DNA from: an uncultured Methylomirabilota bacterium
Lineage (GTDB): Bacteria > Methylomirabilota > Methylomirabilia > Methylomirabilales > 2-02-FULL-66-22
Length of the DNA: 64,000 nucleotides
NCBI GenBank assembly: GCA_963845565.1
Contig: CAWJSJ010000005.1
Coordinates: 352,001-416,000, forward strand
Direction of reading: 5' to 3'
In this document: in pieces, positions 58,494 through 64,000 of the stretch
Numbering within the stretch: the first letter of the stretch is position 1
Layout of the letters: each line of letters opens with the position of its first letter
Position numbers and translations under genes: made by a program
The notes under the pieces: generated by a model
Told to the model about the DNA's origin: nothing
Databases searched by the model: none
Seen by the model: the letters and a program-made list of their open reading frames with translations, nothing else

Positions 58494-60989
58494 TCACGGC
58501 CAATAGGTCGGGTCCGCGGCGACCGGCGCCTCCAGCGGCGCGAGGCGCTCCCGCAACTCGTCCGTGCGAAGGTTCAACCGGGCCGCCACCGCCAGCATGG
58601 CGGAGACCGCCCCGTAGCGCGCGTCGCGGATGTCCTGCAGCTCCCCGACCCAGCCCGGAACCCGGGTGCGGAGCACGGCGAACATGCGATCCTGCAACGG
58701 CCGTTCCGGCACACCGAGGCCCAGGCGGGAGGCGAGTTGCAGCAGATCCAGAAACTCGTGCCAGCGGCCTGCCTGGGGAACGTCGGCGATCGCCTCCAGG
58801 CCGGCCACCAGCGTGCGGCCGAATGCGAACGAAGCGGACGAGAAATCGAGACCGATCCCCAAGAGGCGGGCGCGATCGCAGAGATCCACCGGGCCGGCAT
58901 ACGCCGCCGGATCCACCACGCCTCCGAGGCCCGTCAGGGCGTCCGCGAACCGAGCCGACCAGTGCGCCTCAAGGAGCGTCTTCAGCCAGACAGGGAGCGG
59001 CATGCCGGCGGCGGCCATGGCCTCGGCCACGGGCAATGCCTCGTCGCACAGGCGGGCGCTGTCTTTGGCCATGGCGGCTTCGGCCTCCGCCAGGAACTGC
59101 CGCAGGAGCGCATGGCGTTCGTCGGGAAGCAGATCGTGCAGGCGGAGGAGCCGCGCCGCGTGACGTCCACTCCAGGCGACCAGTTGCCGCCCGTCGGGGG
59201 CAAGGCCGGCCCGGGCGTCCGCGGCCAAGGCCGTCCAGGCCTCGGGGGAAGGGAGGGACGCGATGCCCGCCAGGAACCCGAAGGCGCCATCGCGCCGGCA
59301 GGCGCCGCCGAATCTCAGCGTCTCGCCCGTCACCTCGGAGGTGGCCCCGACGGCCGCCAGCACGAACCCGCCCTCCTGCACGACCGGATCGGGGGCGAGC
59401 GACCACCGGTATAGCACCCGTGGGCGCACGGCATGGCCGAGCAATCCGTCAGCAAGGAGCCGAGCCACGGCGTGCTCCGCGGTCACACGGGAGGGGCGGA
59501 CCTGGCGCTCCCAGAGCTTCCGGCCGTCCCGATAGATGTCCAGGTTGCTTCGGGCTCGGCCCAGCTCCTCCAGGAGCACGGCCTCCAGATCCAGCGGGGC
59601 GAACGGCGCCGCGAGGTCGATGGCGCGGGCGGCGTACCGGAGGTTCTGCACCGTCTCGATCCCGGAGATGTCGGAGAAGAACCAGGCGCAGCTCGTGTAC
59701 ATGAGCATGGCCTGGTGCTGCATCTCCAGCAGGCGCAGGGCGTGCCCGCGCCTCACCGGATCCAAGGGGCGGGCCTGGTGTCGGTCGAAAAACGCGTCGC
59801 GCGCCGCGGGATGTCCGTCCAACAACAACTCGATGTACTCGTCCCGGGCCGCCCAGGGGTCGCGGAACAGGGCCGACCCTTCGTCCTGGAAAACGCTCGC
59901 CAGTGCATCCCGCACCCGATCCAGTCCCTGGCGGAGCGGGCGGCGCCAGGCTTGCGTCCACCCGGTACCGCCGCCGGCACTGCATCCGCAGTCCTCGGAC
60001 CACCGTCCGACCCCGTGGGAGCAACTCCAGGCGCTCTCCGGCAGGAGCTCCACCTCCCACGTCGGTCGGTGGGTGGCCAGGTAGGCTGCGAGGTTGGTGA
60101 CCTCGAGCCCGTGCCGCGGAGCTTCCCGGCTGAACAGCGTGGCGAGGCACATTTCCCCGAACTTCTCGTGGTGCCCGAACGATTCCCCGTCCGTGGCGAT
60201 CAGGATCAGCGGATCGGGCGTCTCGCCGGCAGCCTCGACGATCCGCGCCGCCAGCAATCCGGCGTCCCGCAGGTAGTGCTGGAAACTGATCCCCCGTGAT
60301 AACGAGGCGTGGTAAAAACAGATGTCGATTCCGCGATCCCCCTGTGCCTGTCCCCGGGAATCCCGATTGATCCACCGGTACGGCCGACGGGGATCGATCT
60401 CCGCTTCGGCGGGGGTGCGCCAGGCGGCGTCCCCGAGGGGCCGCCAGCGGGCTGCCTGGGCGGGCGACAGGATGAGATATTTCATCCCGGCGTCCACCAG
60501 GAGACGGAGCGTGGCCTCGTCGACGGCGGTTTCCGCCAGCCACAGGGCGTCCGGAACGCGGTGGAATCGGTACCGGAATTCGTGCACCGCCCAGCGGATC
60601 TGTGTCTGCCGGTCGCGCGGAGATGCCAACGGCATGATGAGGTGATTGTACGTCTGGGCGATGGCGTTGCCGTACCCCAGGCGCGCGATACTTGCCTGGT
60701 CGGCGGCCCGAAGCGCATCGAGCAATTCCGGTGCCTCCGCCGCCAGCCAGGAGAGGAGTGTCGGCCCGAAGTTGAAGCTGATCCGTTCGTAGTTATTGAC
60801 GATGTCCTGGATCCGGCCGCGCTCGTCGAGGACCCGGGACCGCGCGTTGGGCAGGTAGCACTCTTCGGCGATGCGGGCATTCCAATCGTGGAACGGGGCG
60901 GCACTCTCCTGTCGCTCGATGGTTCCGGTCCAGGGGTTTTCCCGCGGCGGCTGGTAGAAGTGGCCGTGGATTACGAGATGAATCGGCAT
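58494..60989 (-). CDS. GH57 / DUF3536 family glycoside hydrolase
   Basis: IHGHFYQPPRENPW, SFNFGPTL, WLAETA, ATDGESFGHH, WSCSHGVGRW, MYTSCAWFF. Confidence 0.92.
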   Translation of the reverse strand: MPIHLVIHGHFYQPPRENPWTGTIERQESAAPFHDWNARIAEECYLPNARSRVLDERGRIQDIVNNYERISFNFGPTLLSWLAAEAPELLDALRAADQASIARLGYGNAIAQTYNHLIMPLASPRDRQTQIRWAVHEFRYRFHRVPDALWLAETAVDEATLRLLVDAGMKYLILSPAQAARWRPLGDAAWRTPAEAEIDPRRPYRWINRDSRGQAQGDRGIDICFYHASLSRGISFQHYLRDAGLLAARIVEAAGETPDPLILIATDGESFGHHEKFGEMCLATLFSREAPRHGLEVTNLAAYLATHRPTWEVELLPESAWSCSHGVGRWSEDCGCSAGGGTGWTQAWRRPLRQGLDRVRDALASVFQDEGSALFRDPWAARDEYIELLLDGHPAARDAFFDRHQARPLDPVRRGHALRLLEMQHQAMLMYTSCAWFFSDISGIETVQNLRYAARAIDLAAPFAPLDLEAVLLEELGRARSNLDIYRDGRKLWERQVRPSRVTAEHAVARLLADGLLGHAVRPRVLYRWSLAPDPVVQEGGFVLAAVGATSEVTGETLRFGGACRRDGAFGFLAGIASLPSPEAWTALAADARAGLAPDGRQLVAWSGRHAARLLRLHDLLPDERHALLRQFLAEAEAAMAKDSARLCDEALPVAEAMAAAGMPLPVWLKTLLEAHWSARFADALTGLGGVVDPAAYAGPVDLCDRARLLGIGLDFSSASFAFGRTLVAGLEAIADVPQAGRWHEFLDLLQLASRLGLGVPERPLQDRMFAVLRTRVPGWVGELQDIRDARYGAVSAMLAVAARLNLRTDELRERLAPLEAPVAADPTYWP

Positions 60990-61006
60990 GGATCCTCAAA
61001 CCGCAT

Positions 61007-62185
61007 TCATTTATCTTTCGCTCCATCCTCGCGGGTGGAGCGAATCAGGCTGCGGAGCAATAGGCTGCGGTTGGCGCCGCGCAGCAGCGCGGAAAGGTCT
61101 TCGTACACCGTAGGGTCCTCAAGCAAGGCACCCAGAGTGCCTTCCCCTTGGCGAAGGCGGCTCACGACGGTCTGCAGATCTTCCGTCAAGCTCCGCAATC
61201 CCGCGGCCGCCTCCTGGACGTCGTCCAGCACCTTGGTCCGCGCCGGGTCGAAGAGGAGTGTGGGGACGAGCCCCTGCCCTTCCTGGACCGCGCGCACCAA
61301 CTCCTCCAGCCGTTCGGTGGTCCGGCCGAGCCGAGCCAAGGTCTCCGCACCCTCTCGGTCGTAGAGCAGGGTGTGGAGCAGGCCCGGTCCCTCCTGAACT
61401 TCCCTGAGGATGGCGTCTGCACGATCCGCGATACGGTACACGCGACCCAGGAACTCTTCCTGCGGAGAATAGATCATGGCGTGGAGGAGTCCCTGCTCCT
61501 TCTCCACGGCCTGGACCAGCCGCTCCAGCGTCTGAACCGTGCGATCCACGCGGCCCAGCAGTTGTGCGCCTTCCTTTCCGTACACCAGGTCGTGGATCAA
61601 TCCTTCGCCCTTCTCGATCTCGACCAGCGTGGTCCGGAGGGAGCGCAGCGACTCGTTCAGGTTGCGCTTGCCGGTCTGCTCCCCGCCGGAGAGAAACTCG
61701 TCCAGGGAGGCGCTGATCCGGGTCACGTTGTCCAGGATGGTGTCCCCCTTTTGCAACAACCGGAAAAGGTCGGGGGGATCCACCGCGGCGATTTGGGCGC
61801 CGGCCTGAAGGACGGGTCGGTCGTAACTTCCGACCGTGAGGTCCAACACCTTGTCTCCCACCAGGCCGATGGTCCCGATGCTGGCCACCGAATCCTGCCG
61901 GATGCGTTCCTGCACGCGACGCTCGACCGTCAGGGTGACAGCGAGACGCCGATCCCGCGGATTGGGGCCGAAGCCGATCCGGGTGACGTTCCCCACCGTG
62001 ACGCCGGCCAGCCGCACGGGCGCGCCCACGGCCAACCCTTCCGCCGAGCTGAAGGAGGTCCGGAGCGAGTACCGCTCCTCGAAGAGTGCGCTCCGCTTGC
62101 CGATGGAGAGCACGAATCCGATGAAGAGCAGAATACCGACCAGGACCAGCCCTCCAATACGGAGTTGCATCTGCCGTTCGGTCAT
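61007..62185 (-). CDS. mlaD: MCE/MlaD family protein with extended helical repeats
   Basis: GLAVGAPVRLAGVTVG, GLVGDK, GEGTLGALL. Confidence 0.9.
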   Translation of the reverse strand: MTERQMQLRIGGLVLVGILLFIGFVLSIGKRSALFEERYSLRTSFSSAEGLAVGAPVRLAGVTVGNVTRIGFGPNPRDRRLAVTLTVERRVQERIRQDSVASIGTIGLVGDKVLDLTVGSYDRPVLQAGAQIAAVDPPDLFRLLQKGDTILDNVTRISASLDEFLSGGEQTGKRNLNESLRSLRTTLVEIEKGEGLIHDLVYGKEGAQLLGRVDRTVQTLERLVQAVEKEQGLLHAMIYSPQEEFLGRVYRIADRADAILREVQEGPGLLHTLLYDREGAETLARLGRTTERLEELVRAVQEGQGLVPTLLFDPARTKVLDDVQEAAAGLRSLTEDLQTVVSRLRQGEGTLGALLEDPTVYEDLSALLRGANRSLLLRSLIRSTREDGAKDK

Positions 62186-62229
62186 CGCCGTTTCACCCTC
62201 GCCGGCGCCCGGCGCGCTCGGCCTCGTCG

Positions 62230-63039
62230 CTACAGCCGCCCCTCCATGAAGTCCCGGATCAGCGAATGGTGCGTTCGCTGGATCTCGTCGGGGGTGCCCA
62301 CGGCCGCGATCCGTCCCTGATGCAGCATGGCCACGCGGTCGGACACCTTCAGAGCGCTGGGCATGTCGTGGGTCACGACCACCGAGGTCACGCCCAGCTT
62401 GGTCTTCAGGTCGAGGATCAGGTCGGTGATCTTCTCCACGTTGGTCGGGTCCAGGCCGGTGGTCGGCTCGTCGTACAGCAGAACACTCGGCGGCAAGGCG
62501 ATTGCCCGCGCCACCGCCACGCGTTTCTTCATCCCGCCGGAGAGGTCCGCCGGGTCCATCCCCTCGATGGCTCCCAGGCCGACCAGGCCCAGCGCCTCAT
62601 GCACGCGGGCGGCGATCTCCGCGTCGCTCAGGGTGGTGTGCTCGCGCAGCGCGAAGGCCACGTTCTCGCCGACGCTGAGCGAATCGAAGAGCGCCGAGCC
62701 CTGAAACACCATGCCCGTGCGCCGCCGGATCTTGAGGAGCGCGGTTTCACGCAAGGGGACGATGTCCGTGCCCTCCAGCAGGATCTGTCCGGCATCCGGC
62801 TTCATGAGCCCGATGATCAGGCGCAGGAGGACGCTCTTACCGGTTCCGCTGCCACCGATGATGGTGAGCGCCTCCCCCGGGCGGACGACCAGATCCACAC
62901 CCCGCAGGACCTGGTTTCCGTCGAAGGCCTTGTGCAGGCCGGCGAGCGCAATCGCCGCCGGTCCCCCTCCCGGCGTGTCGGATGGAGAACCGGTCGGTGC
63001 GGGTTCGCGTGTCGGGAGCGGGGTCAGGGTCGTCACCAT
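62230..63039 (-). CDS. mlaF: MCE-system ABC ATPase
   Basis: GGSGTGKS, LSGGMKKR, YDEPTTGLDP, VTHD. Confidence 0.93.
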   Translation of the reverse strand: MVTTLTPLPTREPAPTGSPSDTPGGGPAAIALAGLHKAFDGNQVLRGVDLVVRPGEALTIIGGSGTGKSVLLRLIIGLMKPDAGQILLEGTDIVPLRETALLKIRRRTGMVFQGSALFDSLSVGENVAFALREHTTLSDAEIAARVHEALGLVGLGAIEGMDPADLSGGMKKRVAVARAIALPPSVLLYDEPTTGLDPTNVEKITDLILDLKTKLGVTSVVVTHDMPSALKVSDRVAMLHQGRIAAVGTPDEIQRTHHSLIRDFMEGRL

Positions 63040-63830
63040 CCCTCCAACCACCAGAAGAACTTCGTCAGGAAGAAATCCGAGACAAAGACCGACAACGACG
63101 CGGTCACGACGGTGCCGGTGGTCGTACGCCCCAGCCCCTCGGTCCCGCCCCGCGTGCGCAGTCCGTTGTGGCAGCCGATGACCGCGATGAGGAGGCCGAA
63201 AATGACCGTTTTCCCCAGGCCGCTGAGCATGTCCGCCACCCGGATATAGCTGGTCAGCGAATTGAAGTACTGGTGGTAATCAACGTTGAATTCGTACTGC
63301 GAGATCGCCATGCCGCCGAAGACGCCCAGGGTGCTGGCGATGATCGTGAGGAGGGGCAGCGCGATCATGGTCAGGATGACGCGGGGTACCACCAGCCGCT
63401 TGATGTGGTTGACCCCCAGCGCCCGCATGGCGTCGATCTGCTCCGTCACCCGCATGGAGCCGAGCTCCGCCGTGAACCCCGACCCCACGCGGCCGCCGAC
63501 CAGGATGGCGGTGACGACGGGTCCGAGTTCCCGCACCATGCTGAGACCCACAATAACGCCCACGGTGCCCGTGGCCCCGAAGCGGGACAGCCCGTACGCC
63601 GTCTGCAGGGCCAGGACGAGCCCCACGAAGAGCCCCGCCACGCTCACGATGGAGACCGAACGCACGGCGATATGGTCCATCTGGGCGACCAGCAGGCGCA
63701 GATTGTAGGGCGGGGTCAGGGCATGGTAGAACGTCTGGCCCGCCAGGACGGACATGGCGCCCAGCTCGTCGACGAACACGAGCGCTCGCTTTCCCAGCTC
63801 CTCTACGACGCCACGTAGTCTCGCCATCAT
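63033..63830 (-). CDS. mlaE: MCE-system ABC permease
   Basis: RELGPV, GRVGS..AELGSMRVTEQIDAM, LVVPR. Confidence 0.94.
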   Translation of the reverse strand: MMARLRGVVEELGKRALVFVDELGAMSVLAGQTFYHALTPPYNLRLLVAQMDHIAVRSVSIVSVAGLFVGLVLALQTAYGLSRFGATGTVGVIVGLSMVRELGPVVTAILVGGRVGSGFTAELGSMRVTEQIDAMRALGVNHIKRLVVPRVILTMIALPLLTIIASTLGVFGGMAISQYEFNVDYHQYFNSLTSYIRVADMLSGLGKTVIFGLLIAVIGCHNGLRTRGGTEGLGRTTTGTVVTASLSVFVSDFFLTKFFWWLEGW

Positions 63831-63884
63831 CTTTTTTCTTTCACGTCGCGCCAAGCCATCTGCGGTTGTACCCGGCCGTCGTCC

Positions 63885-63998
63885 CTACGGTGCGGTCCGC
63901 GGCGTCCAGCTCGCCACAAAGGCGTCAAAATCGGCTCGCCCGCGCTCGAAACGGTCCGGCGGGGCGACATACATGAAGTCGTACAGGCACCCCTGGAG
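63885..63998 (-). CDS. 3' end of a hypothetical protein upstream of mlaE (runs off the window)
   Basis: Open frame ..LQGCLYDFMYVAPPDRFERGRADFDAFVASWTPRTAP* reaching the window edge. Confidence 0.55.
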   Translation of the reverse strand, partial: LQGCLYDFMYVAPPDRFERGRADFDAFVASWTPRTAP

Positions 63999-64000
63999 AC

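Overview
High-GC bacterial window, densely coding, with no rRNA, tRNA, CRISPR array, transposase or integrase that I can recognise. Taxonomy cannot be established from the sequence alone. From left to right: (1) the end of ppk2; a sigma54-driven small membrane peptide plus an M23 peptidase; a six-CXXCH cytochrome c with a PadR regulator, divergent from chrA; three secreted proteins; several decayed receiver genes. (2) An FhlA-type enhancer-binding protein with a clear sigma54 promoter and three palindromic sites, upstream of a selenium-binding-protein/methanethiol-oxidase-family gene, a His-loop membrane protein, a DMT transporter, a BBE-type FAD oxidase and a methyltransferase. (3) gpsA plus a URO-D-family gene. 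(4) About 28 kb of minus-strand trehalose/alpha-glucan genes (treZ, sugar ABC without ATPase, glgX, GH13, treY, glgE, treS, glgM, a maltokinase-DUF5752 fusion, TreT-like, GT2, MscS-type TM protein). This block is headed by a second sigma54 promoter with its two-component system, and contains unannotated small genes (a Cys-rich metallothionein-like peptide, a DksA variant, two ORFs with one internal stop each). (5) A cysteine-synthase-family gene and an mlaEFD-GH57-DUF502-CNNM-AsmA operon. The best candidate for an undescribed system is the tightly coupled tail of the trehalose block: an intact maltokinase fused to DUF5752, followed by two full-length glycosyltransferases that appear to have lost catalytic motifs, and a mechanosensitive-channel-type membrane protein. 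All family calls come from motif recognition by eye, not from database searches.
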